From an uncultured Chloroflexia bacterium (GTDB lineage Bacteria > Chloroflexota > Anaerolineae > CG2-30-64-16), in assembly GCA_963774265.1 (NCBI GenBank), contig CAVZDU010000002.1, positions 544,001 to 608,000 on the forward strand: a DNA stretch of 64,000 nucleotides. Reading direction: 5' to 3'. Shown one piece after another: positions 32,106 to 43,171 of the stretch; within the stretch, counting starts at the first letter, position 1; every line of letters begins with the position of its first letter. A program made the translations under genes and the position numbers. The notes under the pieces were generated by a model. That model was given only the letters and a program-made list of their open reading frames with translations. It made no database searches and was not told the DNA's origin.

Positions 32106-32868
32106 TCATCGCCCAGGGAGCGATGTCCGCACTGTATATTTGTACCGATCCCCGCGGCTGACCATGCGGGTATACTCTACAGGTTCATCGTCATCCGAGT
32201 AAATGATGCTCTCCACAAGCAGCAGCGGTGAACCCGGCGACACCTCGAGCAACTGGCTCTCCCGCAGACTGCCCGCCACTGCCTGGATTGTCGCTTCCGA
32301 CCGGGCAAAGGTTACGCCTTGAAGTCGCAAGACACGCCACAGGGAGGCCTGACCCTGCAGCTGCGCAGGCGTCAACACGACATGGGCTGGGAGCCTGAGA
32401 TGGGAGGTGGATACAATCGTCGGCTCATCGTCGACCAGGCGGAGCCGCTCGACGATCCAGATCCACTCCCCCTCCTCCACCCGCAGTGCAGCAGCCACAT
32501 CGCCGATCGCAGGTTCCTGCCGCAAGGAGAGCAGGCGTGAGCCGGCCCGAAGTCCGATTGCCTCCAGCTCCTCAGAGAAGCTGCGGAGCTGTGAGAGCTG
32601 TCGCTGAATCTTGGGGCGAGCGACGAAAGTCCCTTTTCCCTGATGCGACACCAGGTAACCTTCGCGTACGAGGTCGTTGATCGCCCGCCGAACCGTGATA
32701 CGACTGACACCGTAGGTGTCACAGATCTCACGTTCGGTCGGAATCGGGTCACCCTTCTCCCAGTGGCCTTGCTCGAGCGTGCCCAGCAGCGCCTGGCGCA
32801 ACTGGTGATACAGCGGCAGGGGCGACGTCGCGGTCAACCGCGGCAGGATCCAGAACAGCTAGTCCCAT
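32106..32868 (-). CDS. GntR-family (HutC/UTRA) transcriptional regulator; frameshift near the start
   Basis: PLPLYHQL, IPTEREI..YGVSRITVRRAI, QGKGTFV; UTRA domain ending PVEYTRMVSRGDRY. Confidence 0.92.
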
Positions 32869-32905
32869 GGTTTCTACATCCGAACTCATCAGCGCTTCTA
32901 ATGTC

Positions 32906-32959
32906 ATTATAACAACTTTAGGCCGGTTCCAATATAGCACACGTCGAAAACCCTGTCAA
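32906..32959 (-). promoter_or_regulatory. sigma70-type promoter of the left arm plus candidate GntR operator
   Basis: Minus strand TTGACA(32959-54)-N17-TATATT(32936-31) with extended TG, followed by GTTGTTATAAT (32916-32906). Confidence 0.7.
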
Positions 32960-33003
32960 TAGGGAGTTTTTTCACCGATACCGGCCCCTCAAGACCGGAG
33001 GTA

Positions 33004-33051
33004 TTGACATGCAGTGGTTTGTGTGCTATACATGCGTTATGTTGTTATAAT
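33004..33051 (+). promoter_or_regulatory. sigma70-type promoter of the right arm plus candidate GntR operator
   Basis: TTGACA(33004-09)-N17-TATACA(33027-32) with extended TG, followed by GTTGTTATAAT (33041-51). Confidence 0.7.
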
Positions 33052-33104
33052 AAGTGATCGATCGGGTATCTCTCCTATCCTCCCGGCCTATGAGGTGCCA
33101 ACCT

Positions 33105-33975
33105 ATGGCAAGTTTGGACTACGTGCATGCTACGTCCGTTGCAGACGCGGTGGCGCTCCTGAATGGCCCTGGACTGCGGTGCCGCCCCATCGCCGGGGGC
33201 ACCGATCTGGTTGTGGCAATGCGCCAGCGCGGTCCCTGGTTCGATCGCCTGGTGGACATTACAGCGATCCCGGAATTGTGCGAGATCGAGGAAACCCCGG
33301 CGGAGATTCGCATCGGCGCGGCAGTGACATTTGGCCGCGCAGCTGCCAACCTCCTGCTCCGCACGGCCGCCCCGATGCTGGTCGAGGCGTGCCTGACTGT
33401 GGGCAGCCCACAGATCCGCAACACCGGCACGCTCGGCGGCAATGTGATCAACGCAGCACCCTGCGCGGACAGCCTGCCCCCGCTCGTTGCGCTGGATGCC
33501 GCAGCCGCACATCGCCGGCCGCGGACGGAGAGCGAGTTCTGCCGGTCTCCCAGCTGACATCCTCACCGCATCAGGCCATGCTCCGGCCCGGCGAATTGCT
33601 CACCCATTTCACGTTTGCCAAACTGCCCGCCTGGCACCCGTTCCACCTTCATTAAACTGGGCCGGCGCAACGCCCAGTCCATCTCCAGGCTCAGCATCGC
33701 CGCGGCCGGTCGCATCAACGACGCAGGCGTGATGGATTTCGCCCGGCTGGCGCCGGGTGCAGCGCTTCCTCATACGGAACGCATGCTGGAGGTGGAGGCG
33801 ATGCTGTTCGGGCGTCCTCCGGGCCGACCTGTTCGGAGCGGCTGGGGAGATGGCGTCCAACTTCATGCTCAGCATCACCGGCAGGCGCTGGTCGACGGAG
33901 TACAAAGAGATCGCCATCCGCGGTTTGGTCGAACAGGCATTGGCAGCCGTATTCGGCGACGCCAACCCCTCCTGA
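33105..33975 (+). CDS. Xanthine dehydrogenase family FAD-binding subunit, frameshifted
   Basis: PIAGGTDL, IRIGAAVT, VGSPQIRNTGTLGGN, APCADS, FIKLGRRNAQSIS. Confidence 0.9.
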
Positions 33976-34003
33976 TCCGTCCATCCAAAGGGAGTCTATT
34001 CGC

Positions 34004-34503
34004 ATGCTCATTGAGTTCACGCTCAACGGGAAACAGATCGCTGTTGAGGCGCCAGCGCACATCTCACTCTTGACGCTGCTTCGCGATGCACCTCGATCTG
34101 ACCGGCACCAAAGAGGGCTGCGAGCGTGGGAGAGTGCGGTGCATGTTCCGTCATTGTCGATGGCGAAATCGTCAATAGCTGCCTTATGCTGGCGCCGAAG
34201 GCTGCGGGCCGCTCCGTCCTGACCATCGAAGGCGTCAGCCCTGCCGACGGTTCGCTGAGCGACCTCCAACGCAACTTCGTCGACCACGGCGCGGTGCAAT
34301 GCGGCTTCTGCACGCCCGGCATGGTGCTCGCAGGTGAGGCGCTGCTTGCGCACTCCCCGCTGCCCACACGGGACGAGATCCGCACCGCCCTTTCCGGTAA
34401 TCTGTGCCGCTGCACGGGCTACCAACAGATCGTCGACGCCATCGAAGCAACGGCGCTCGAGCGCGCGGGTACGGCGGCTCCTGCCCCGGTTTACGGAGGT
34501 TGA
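34004..34503 (+). CDS. Xanthine dehydrogenase family 2Fe-2S subunit, frameshifted
   Basis: TGTKEGC..GECGACSV, NSCL, TIEG, QCGFCTPG, GNLCRCTGY. Confidence 0.92.
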
Positions 34504-34506
34504 GGC

Positions 34507-36844
34507 ATGACTGAACAACAGTACATCGGCAAGCCTGCTCGGCGGGTGGATGCGGCGGACAAGGTGACCGGTCGCGCCCGCTACGTTGCGGATTACCGCC
34601 TTCCGGGGATGCTGTATGCGCGCTGCCTTCGCAGCGAAATACCTCATGCAGCCATCGCCCACCTCGACACCGCACCGGCGCTGCAGGTGCCTGGCGTCCT
34701 CGCCGTCATTACCATTGCGGACTTTGCCAATGAAGGGCGCTTCGGTTTCCCGGTGAGCGACCAATACATGCTTGCCCGGGGGACGGTGCGTCACGTCGGC
34801 GAAGCGATCGCCGCGGTTGCTGCCGAGACGCCAGAGGCAGCCGCGGCCGGGTTTGGCCGCGATCGTCTGCGAGTTGGAGCCCCTTCCCGCGGTGTTCGAT
34901 CCCGAGGCTGCGCTTGCACCTGATGCACCGCAGATCGGTCCCGATCGTGCCGACGGCCGGCATCCCAACTTCCTGCACTCCGAGATCGTGCGCCAGGGCG
35001 ATCCTGTTCGCTGCTCTCGCCGACTGTGAACGTCACGCTGGACGAAACTTACTCTGTCGTGCAGCAGGAACATGCCTACCTGGAGACCGAAGGCGCGCTG
35101 GCGATCCCGACACCGGAGGGAGGCGTCGTCGTCTACGCCTCCAACCAGAGCCCTTTCATCAATCGCGGAAACCTGGCCAACGTCCTGGGACTGGCACAGG
35201 ATCGCGTGCGCGTGATCCAGCCCCCCGTGGGCGGCTCCTTTGGCGGCAAGGATGACCTCAACTACCAGGCCTCGGCGCAATGCGCCGCGTTGGCCCTCAA
35301 GACCGGCCGCCCGGTTCGGATGACCTTCTCACGCGAAGAGAGCATGATCGCCAGCTACAAACGCGATGCGATGCGCATGCACGTGCAGCTGGGGGCAACG
35401 CCGGACGGCGCTCTCAAAGCCTGCAAGTTCGACGGCTTGCTCGACTCCGGCGCCTATGCGTCGCAGAGCGTGTTCACTTCCTGGCGCGCGGCCATCCATG
35501 CGATGGGCGCCTACCGGTACGAGCACTGTCACGTCGACATCAACTGCGTCTACACCAACAACGGCTACGCCGGCGCATTTCGCGGATTCGGCAACACGGA
35601 GGTCTGTTTCGCAATCGAGCAGGCTATCGACGAGCTGGCGGATAGGCTGGGCCAGGACCCGATCGACTTTCGCCTGCGCAACTGCCTGCGCCTGGGTGAC
35701 GAGACCGCGTTTGGCCAGCGGCTGGATGAATCGGTGGGCCTGCCTGAGTGCCTGGAGGCGGTGCGCAAAGCCAGCGACTGGGATCGCAAACGCGCCGCTT
35801 ACGCGCACCAGGGGGCAGGTCCCCTCCGGCGCGGCATCGGCGTGGCCGCGCTCTTCCATGGCACCTCACTCGGTGCGGAAGGGGCTGACTATGCGGGAAG
35901 CACCATCACCGTCGAGGGCGACTATCTCATTGCCCTGACCTCGGGCCTGACCGATTTTGGCACCGGCTCACGCACCGTCTTCACGCTCATCGCCGCGGAG
36001 GAGCTTGGCGTCAGCCCCGATCGGATCAGGATGCTCCGGCCGGACACCGACACGGCCATCGAATCGGGTCCCACGGTCGCCAGCCGCTCGACCATGTTGG
36101 GCGGCAATGCCGCGCGGCTCGCCGCGCAGAACCTGCGCCAGACGCTCGACTATGCGGCGGCCAATCTCCTTCACTGCGAGGTCCACCAGCTCGTGCGAGC
36201 AGGCGAGGGCTACGTCGGGCCCAGTGAGGAGCCGTAAGCTGGGAGCGGTGGTCGACCATGCCCACGCGATCGGCCTGACGCCTTCCGCGCACGGTCGCTG
36301 GACTGCGCCCCACATCCACTGGGACAGCAAGACCGGGCGTGGCGTCGCCTACCTGGCCTATCACTTCGGCGCACAGGTCGCTGAGGTCGAAGTGGACATG
36401 CGCACCGGCAAGACCGATGTCGTCGGCTTCTGGGCCGCGCACGATCTCGGAACGACGATCTTCCCGCCAAGGCGCGGTCGGCCAGGTCTACGGCGGCGTG
36501 GCGCAGGGCCTGGGCTACGCGCTCATGGAGGAGGCGCGACTACGTGGACGGCTACCTGCAGGCGACCAACTTCGACACCTACCTGATCCCCACGGCCAGG
36601 GACGTGCCCGACATCACCTGCATCCTGCTGGAGATGCCGTATTCGCACGGGCCCTTCGGCGCAAAGAACATCGCGGAGCCTGCCCTGGTGCCGGTTGCAC
36701 CCGGCCATCTGCAACGCCATCGCACATGCCACCGGCCGGCGGGTGCGCGATTTGCCAGCCAACCTGGAACGCGTGCTGCTGGGCCACAGCCTCGGGCGCG
36801 GCGATGACGGCCGGTCGTGCAAGTTAGGACTGAAAATCGGTTGA
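34507..36844 (+). CDS. Xanthine dehydrogenase family molybdopterin-binding subunit, frameshifted
   Basis: DKVTGRARY, QEHAYLETE, VGGSFGGK, GAFRGFG, TVASRST, GQVYGGVAQGLGYAL, HGPFGAKNIAEP. Confidence 0.9.
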
Positions 36845-36882
36845 CCTTTTGCATTTATCGAGGAATTCGAAAGGAGCACAAC

Positions 36883-37571
36883 ATGGATAAGCAGCAACTG
36901 CTGGCGCAATCTGTCACGAGAGCCTTCTGGAAACTGATCCGGAGGCAGCCGCGTTGGCAGCCCAGGCAGCCGTCGATGGTGGCGTCGATGCCATGGAGGC
37001 CATTCAGGTCGCCTCCGCGGCGATCGCCAGAGGTTGGTGACCTGTTCGAGAGCGGCGACCTCTACCTGCCCAGCCTGATGCTCGCGGGCGAGGCGATGAA
37101 GCGAAGCATGAGCATCCTGTCACGCTACCTCAGCGTGGAGCAGGCCAGCCAGAAAAAGGGCAAGGTCGTGATCGGTGCAGTGTCCGGCGACATCCACGAC
37201 ATCGGCAAGAACCTGGTGGCGACCATGCTTTCAGTGCACGGCTACGAGGTCGTCGACGTGGGTGTCAATGTCCCACCGATGGAGATCATCGACACCGCGC
37301 AGCGAGAACATGCGCGCTTCATTGCGCTATCTTCGCTGATGACGACCTCGATGCCCTACCAACGCGACGTGCTGGAACTCCTGACGCGAGATGGGCGTTC
37401 GAGACCGCTTCTACGTCGATCGTCGGCGGCGGCCCGGTCACAGCCGAATACGCCAGCCGGATCGGCGCCGACGGCTGGGGGGTGAGCGCGGTGTCCGCGG
37501 TGAAAGTGTGCGACCGCCTGTTGCAGTCCAACGAACGTCCTCCCGTCAAGTCCACCTTCCTTCAGGAATAG
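36883..37571 (+). CDS. Corrinoid methyl carrier protein, MtmC-like, frameshifted
   Basis: AAGGAG RBS; LYLPSLMLAGEAM, GDIHDIGKNLV, LSSLMTTS, IVGGGPV, IGADGWG. Confidence 0.9.
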
Positions 37572-37581
37572 GAGCATAACC

Positions 37582-38970
37582 ATGACACTCAATCGTGATC
37601 GGCTGATGGACGTGCTTGACAAGGCGCACAAAGGGCCCATCGTCAAGCAGTTCGACTGGGACACGCGCACGATTCCCGGCGCGATTGCCGACAAACTCAA
37701 GAAGTACGGCCTGCAGAAGACCTGCGATCCGGCCAATCCGATCAACCAGAACCTGGAGCTGGCGGATCGCTTCTTCGCGGCCGCCCTGGAAGTGGCGACC
37801 GAAGTCGGCATGCTGTGCACCGATACGCAGCGCGCGATCCGCTACTCGCGGGAGGAGCTGATCGCGGGCCTCGAGGCCGCGCCGGCCGCCTTCACGCTCG
37901 GTGAAGGCAAGGAAATCGCCCATTTCCAGCACCGCAGCATCTCCGATCCGGTGGCGCCCATCTGGGTGTCGCCCCTGAGCATTGCCGTGAGCGAGGATGT
38001 CTTCGAACCGCTGGTGATCGGCATCGCCAACGTGCCGGAAGTCGACTGCCTGGAGGGACCCTCCTTCGAGACCATTTGGGGCGCCCCCCTGCGCGCCGGC
38101 TCGCCTTACGAATTGCTGGCAGGCAAGATGCAGGCCCAACGCTTCTACAGCGCCATCTCCAAGGCGGGCCGCGATGGCATCGGCCTGTATGCGGTCGGCA
38201 CCTCGCCGACGCATTACGGCGTGCTGGGCGGGTACGGCGTGCCTGGCGGCTACAAGCCCGAACGCGACATCGTGCTGGTGCTCTCGCCCGTGGAGATCAA
38301 GACATCTTACGAGAACCTGATGAAGCTCGCGCATGCCTACAACTGCGGCGGCCAGACCTACGGCGGCTCGTGGTCGATGATCGGCGGCTACGCGGGTGGG
38401 CCTGAGGGTGCGGCGCTATCCTGCATCGCCTGCACCATCATGTTGTACAATGTCTACCAATGCGTCAACGGCGCCAGCTTCCCGTACGATCTGAAGACCA
38501 TGGGCAACTGCGGCCGCAATGCGTTGTGGGCCCTGGGCGTGGTGTTCCAGGCCCTGAGCCGGAACACGCACATCTGCGCCAATTCCGTGCTCAACCAGAC
38601 CGCCGGCCCGGTGACCGAGTGCCTGCTCTACGAGTCTGCGGTCGGCATGATGACCCTCAGCGTCTGCGGCACGTCCTCCTGCACCGGCCCCCGGACGGCG
38701 GGCGGCAAGTACACCGATTACATCACCCCGCTCGAGGTGAAGTTCGCGGGCGAGGTCTTCAAGAAGTCCGCAGGGATGGGCCTCTCCGAGGCGAACGAGA
38801 TCGCCAACCGCCTGCTCCCGAAGTACGAGCACGAGCTGGGCCACCCGCCCAAGGGGCAGAGCTTCCAACAGTGTTACGACCTGAAGACGCTGCAGCCCTC
38901 GGATGAATGGCGCAAGGTCTATGATACGGTCAAGAACGATGTCATCGCGGCGGGCATGCCGCTGAGCTGA
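37582..38970 (+). CDS. Monomethylamine:corrinoid methyltransferase (MtmB) family protein, non-pyrrolysine
   Basis: Intact 462 aa ORF; LCTDTQRAIRYS, SEDVF, SPYELLA, AGRDGIGL, GGYAGGPEG, AGPVTECLLYE, PPKGQSFQQCYDLKTL follow the remembered Methanosarcina MtmB sequence end to end. Confidence 0.88.
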   Translation: MTLNRDRLMDVLDKAHKGPIVKQFDWDTRTIPGAIADKLKKYGLQKTCDPANPINQNLELADRFFAAALEVATEVGMLCTDTQRAIRYSREELIAGLEAAPAAFTLGEGKEIAHFQHRSISDPVAPIWVSPLSIAVSEDVFEPLVIGIANVPEVDCLEGPSFETIWGAPLRAGSPYELLAGKMQAQRFYSAISKAGRDGIGLYAVGTSPTHYGVLGGYGVPGGYKPERDIVLVLSPVEIKTSYENLMKLAHAYNCGGQTYGGSWSMIGGYAGGPEGAALSCIACTIMLYNVYQCVNGASFPYDLKTMGNCGRNALWALGVVFQALSRNTHICANSVLNQTAGPVTECLLYESAVGMMTLSVCGTSSCTGPRTAGGKYTDYITPLEVKFAGEVFKKSAGMGLSEANEIANRLLPKYEHELGHPPKGQSFQQCYDLKTLQPSDEWRKVYDTVKNDVIAAGMPLS

Positions 38971-39059
38971 AACGGAAGGGCCGTGTTTAACCGGATGACC
39001 ATACACTGCGCCCAGTATGACCTGGCCGCCGGGTATGGTCGTTTCATTGGAGATAGACA

Positions 39060-40194
39060 ATGGCAAGCCTGAGCACGCGACTTTTCGATGTGTCGATGAC
39101 GTCCCCGTTCATCCTGGCATCAGGACCGCTATCCTATGATGCGACCGGGTTATGGAAGGCCTACCGCGCAGGTGCAGGTGGCGTCGTCACCAAGACCTTG
39201 CGCCTCTCGGCCGCGGTCAACCCCACGCCCCACATGGTCGTCCCGCGCACTTCCAACCTGCGCGCCACGCTGTTCAACTCGGAGAAGTGGGCCGACCTGA
39301 CCTGGCAGCAGTGGGTTGAGATCGAGCTGCCCCGGATGGCGGACCACCCGGGCCTGCTGATTGCCAGCATCGGTCACACGCCCCCCGAAGGTGTGATTGC
39401 GGGGCCGGTGGCCGGAACCGGGGTGGTTGACGCCATCGAGTGCGTCGCGTACACCAGGGAAACTATTGTGGACCTGATCCGCGCCGTACGCGCGCGCACG
39501 AAACTGCCGATCCTCGCCAAGCTCACGTTCAACTGGGGGGATGAATTGTACCCGGCGGCGGAAGCCGCGCTGAGAGCGGGCGCAGACGGCTTCACAGCCA
39601 TCGATTCGATCGGGCCAACGCTGCAGATCGATGTGGAGACCGGCCAACCGACGGTCGGAGGCGCCGGCAGCCAGGCCTGGATGTCCGGAGCCGCTATACG
39701 GCCCGTCGCCCAGGCAGTTGTTGCCGAGCTGGCTCGCCGGCATCCCGGCGTCCCCATCGTGGGAACAGGTGGCGTCATCCAGGCCGAAGATGCCATCGAA
39801 ATGACCATGTGCGGCGCAGCAGCCATGGGCGTGTGCACCGCGCCGTTGCTGCGCGGCCTGGAGTGGTTTGCCCGCACGCATGAAAAACTCAATCTCTGGC
39901 TGGATGAGCGGGGCTACTCGTCGCTGGATGCCGTGCGCGGCAAGGCGCTGGCCAACTTGCAGGCGGAAGAGGACACGACGCGGCTCGTGTTTGGGTTCGA
40001 GCCGCTGAAATGCACCAAGTGCGACCTGTGCGTTGTGCTGTGTCCGTATGACGCGCGGCGAGATGGAAGGCGAGAAGCCCAGAAGTCCTGAGCTCAAACA
40101 GATCCTTCATGAAGCGCGTTGTCGCGATTGCGGCCTGTGCGTAGAGGTGTGTAAGCCTGGCGCGCTCACCTACGCGAACTGGCCGCGGCCCTAA
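39060..40194 (+). CDS. Dihydroorotate/dihydropyrimidine dehydrogenase (PreA)-like FMN protein with C-terminal 2x[4Fe-4S], frameshifted
   Basis: PFILASGP, GGVVTKT, LPILAKLT, MSGAAIRP, IVGTGGV; CTKCDLCVVLCP and CRDCGLCVEVCK. Confidence 0.8.
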
Positions 40195-40207
40195 GGGGAT
40201 ACGACGC

Positions 40208-42095
40208 ATGGCCAAGACTGCAAACGTAGATCTGACGACGGGCCGCGTCACGGTGACGGAGACCGCGCCCGGGCTGCTGCGAGATTACCTGGGGGGGCGG
40301 GGATTAGGAGCGCGGCTGCTCTATGACCTCGTCGGCCCGGAGGTCGATCCGCTGGGCCCGGACAACATGCTGATCTTCACCGCAGGCCTGCTGGCCGGCT
40401 CCCCGTGGCCCACCTCGGCCCGGATGCATGTCACCTTCAAGTCGCCGCTCACCGGCACATATGGCTACGCGAATACGGGCGGACAGATCGTGGCACAGCT
40501 GCGACATGCCGGGTACGACGCACTGCTGGTGACGGGCCGCGCGGCGGAGCCGTCCATCCTGCGCGTGACGGACGATGACATCGCGATCGTGCCTGCGCCC
40601 GAGCTGTGGGGCCTCCAGACCGGCGCAGTGCACGACGCGCTGCTGGGTCCCCGGGGCGACAAAAGCAAGGGCTGCGTCGCGTGCATCGGCCCTGCGGGCG
40701 AGAACCTGGTGCGCATTGCCGCGATCATCAACGATCGGGGCCGCGCGGCGGCACGCGGCGGCCCGGGCGCGGTGATGGGCAGCAAGAATCTGAAGGCGCT
40801 CCATATCGTGGCCCAGCGGCGTCCACCCACGCCGCCCGAATTCCGAGACGCCGCCCGGACCGCGATGGACAAGGTGCGCGCAGACCCACATCTTGACGGC
40901 CTGCGGCGCTGGGGCACGCTGGTGCTGATGGACGGCAAGAATGTGCGCGGCGATCAGCCGGCCAAGAACCATCAGTTCGCCCAGGTGCCCTTCATCAAAT
41001 CGGTGAACGCGGCCGCATTCGACAAATACGTCGAAGCGCATCGCGGCTGCTACGGGTGTCCGATCAAGTGCAGCCGCGATTCCGAGGTCGACGAGGGCGC
41101 GTATGCCGTGGAGGTGGAGGGTCCGGAGTACGAGAGCACCAACGCCCTGGGCCCGATGAATTGGGTCAGCGACCCGGAAGCGATCCTGTATGCCAACCGC
41201 CTGTGCAACGAGTACGGCCTGGACACCATCTCAACCGGCGTGACGATCGCATTTGCCCTCGAGCTGCACGAGAAGGGATTGCTGGACGACGAGCCGGATC
41301 TGCCGCTGGCATGGGGCAGCCCGGCAACGCTGCACGGCCTGATCGAGCGCATCGCCTTGCGTCGCGGGATCGGCGACGTGCTGGCCGAGGGCACCCGCCG
41401 CGCAGCGGAGCGCATCGGCCGCGGCGCCGAACGTTACGCCATGCAGGTCAAGGGGCTCGAGCTGCCCCGCCAGGAGCCGCGCTTCGCCAAGGGCTTTGGC
41501 CTGGGCCATGCCACGTCCAATCGGGGCGCAGATCACCTCTACGGCCTGCCGGCCATCGACCTGGCGGGCGCCTGGGACGTGGCCAACCGCGTCTTCCCGG
41601 CCGAGATCGTGCCGGAGCTGATGGACCCGACGAACGAGAAATACAAGCCCGACATGGTGGTTTTCGGGGAGCACTTCTGCGCGGTGACCGATTCATTGGG
41701 CATCTGCAAGTTCAGCACCATCGAGGAATACGCCCTGTTTCCCGAGGACCTGGCCCCCGGCGTTGCTGCGTTATGGGGCCGGCCCGTCACCGGCGCGGAT
41801 CTGCTGCCCGTGGGCGAGCGCATCGTGAACCTGGAGCGGCTGTACAACGTGCGCCTGGGGCTGTCTCGCAAGGACGACCGCTTGCCGGCGCGCTTCACCG
41901 ACCGAGCCCGCGCCGCTCTACGAATACGAAGAGGATCCCCAGACCGGTGAGATGGTCCGCTCCGCCGAGCCGATCCGGTACGGGCTGCTGGTTGACTTCG
42001 AAGGCATGCTGGATCGCTACTACGATCTGCGCGGATGGACGCGCGACGGCCTGCCGACCGCTGAAACGCTGGCACGCGTTGGGCTCACACCCTGA
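40208..42095 (+). CDS. Aldehyde:ferredoxin oxidoreductase (tungsten AOR family); frameshift near 41905
   Basis: YLGGRGLG, KSPLTG, IGPAGENLV, RAAARGGPGAVMGSKNLKA, CYGCPIKC, GPEYE, GLDTISTG, SNRGADH, DSLGICKF, YYDLRGW. Confidence 0.92.
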
Positions 42096-42146
42096 ACCGT
42101 CACACCGGTCAGTGAGAACACATTCGCAACAGGAGTCTACTGAGGC

Positions 42147-43142
42147 ATGAACACGAAGCTTTTCCAGAAGGATTTCATCACCACCCCCGACTGGACCGTG
42201 GAGGACCTGAACACCATGCTCGACCTGGCGTTCCGGCTCAAGGGCGACTTCGCCACCGGCGTGCTGCACGATCACATCCTGCGCGCCAAGACGCTGTACA
42301 TGCTCTTCTTCGAGGAGTCGACCCGCACGCGCAACTCGTTCGAGACGGGCATGACGCAGCTCGGCGGCCACGCGATCTGGCTGACGCCCAAGGCGACCCA
42401 GATCGGCCACGGCGAAAACGCCAAGGACACCGGCATGGTGCTGAGCAGCTACGGCACACGGCATCGCCATCCGCGACTGCCGCACCGGGATCGGCAACAA
42501 GTACCTCTACGAGATGGCGCAGTACGCCGATGCGCCGATCATCAACATGCAGGACGACGTCGATCACCCCTGCCAGGCCATGGCCGACCTGATGACCCTG
42601 ATGGAGCTGTTCGGCCGCGACCTGCGCGGGCGCAAGTTCGTCATCTCCTGGACCTACGCGCCGAAGTACGTGCGCCCGTTGAGCGTGCCGCAGTCGCTGG
42701 TCTGGCTGATGCCGCGCTTCGGCATGGACGTGACGCTGGCCTATCCCGAAGGGCTATCACATGATGCCGCGACGTGATGGAGAAGGCCCGCCAGTTCGCG
42801 GACGAGGCCGGCACGAAGCTCACCGAGACCAACGATATGGACGAGGCATTCAGGGACGCCGACTTCCTCTATCCCAAGTCCTGGGGACCGATCATGGTCA
42901 CCGAGGACGAGGCCGAGGTGGAGGCGATGGCGGCGCAGAACACCGGCTGGCGCGTGACGCAGGAGAAGATGGCGCTGGCCAAGAAGCATGCGGTCTACAT
43001 GCACTGCATGCCCATCGACCGCGGCCACGAGGCCGACGGCGACGTGATCGACGGCCCGCAGTCGGTCATCTACAAGCAGGCCGAGAACCGGCTGCACATC
43101 CAGAAGGCGCTGATGGCGCTGATGATGAGCGGCCGCGCGTGA
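42147..43142 (+). CDS. YgeW-like (knotted) carbamoyltransferase, frameshifted
   Basis: STRTRNSF, QIGHGENAKDT, DHPCQAMAD, SWTYAPKYVRPLSVPQ..RFGMDVTLAYPEG, YPKSWG, MHCMP. Confidence 0.82.
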
Positions 43143-43171
43143 GAGGATCCTGGCCGGGATTTGAGAGGCCC

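Noticed and set aside
32869-33104. Cobalamin, THF or purine riboswitch ahead of the island arms
   Set aside because: The leaders are short and occupied by promoter/operator elements, and I recognised no aptamer consensus. An Rfam scan would be needed to exclude one fully.
36230-36245. TAA at 36235 as a genuine split of the Xdh large subunit into two genes
   Set aside because: No RBS or start follows, and homology resumes immediately in another frame, consistent with the indels elsewhere.
37582-38970. Pyrrolysine (TAG) recoding in MtmB, and likewise in MttB at 20515-21964
   Set aside because: No in-frame TAG; the equivalent codons are TAT (Tyr), and no pyl genes or tRNA-Pyl were seen.
22667-38970. 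Archaeal origin or methanogenesis, suggested by Ftr, MtmB, MttB and HdrD-like genes
   Set aside because: sigma70 promoters, Shine-Dalgarno sites, lipoboxes, GntR and BTAD regulators and folE/folK/folB are bacterial; no mcr, mtr or fwd genes are present.
38985-39045. Imperfect stem-loop between mtmB and the PreA-like gene as an ncRNA or terminator
   Set aside because: The stem is interrupted and has no clear U-tract; at most an mRNA stability element.
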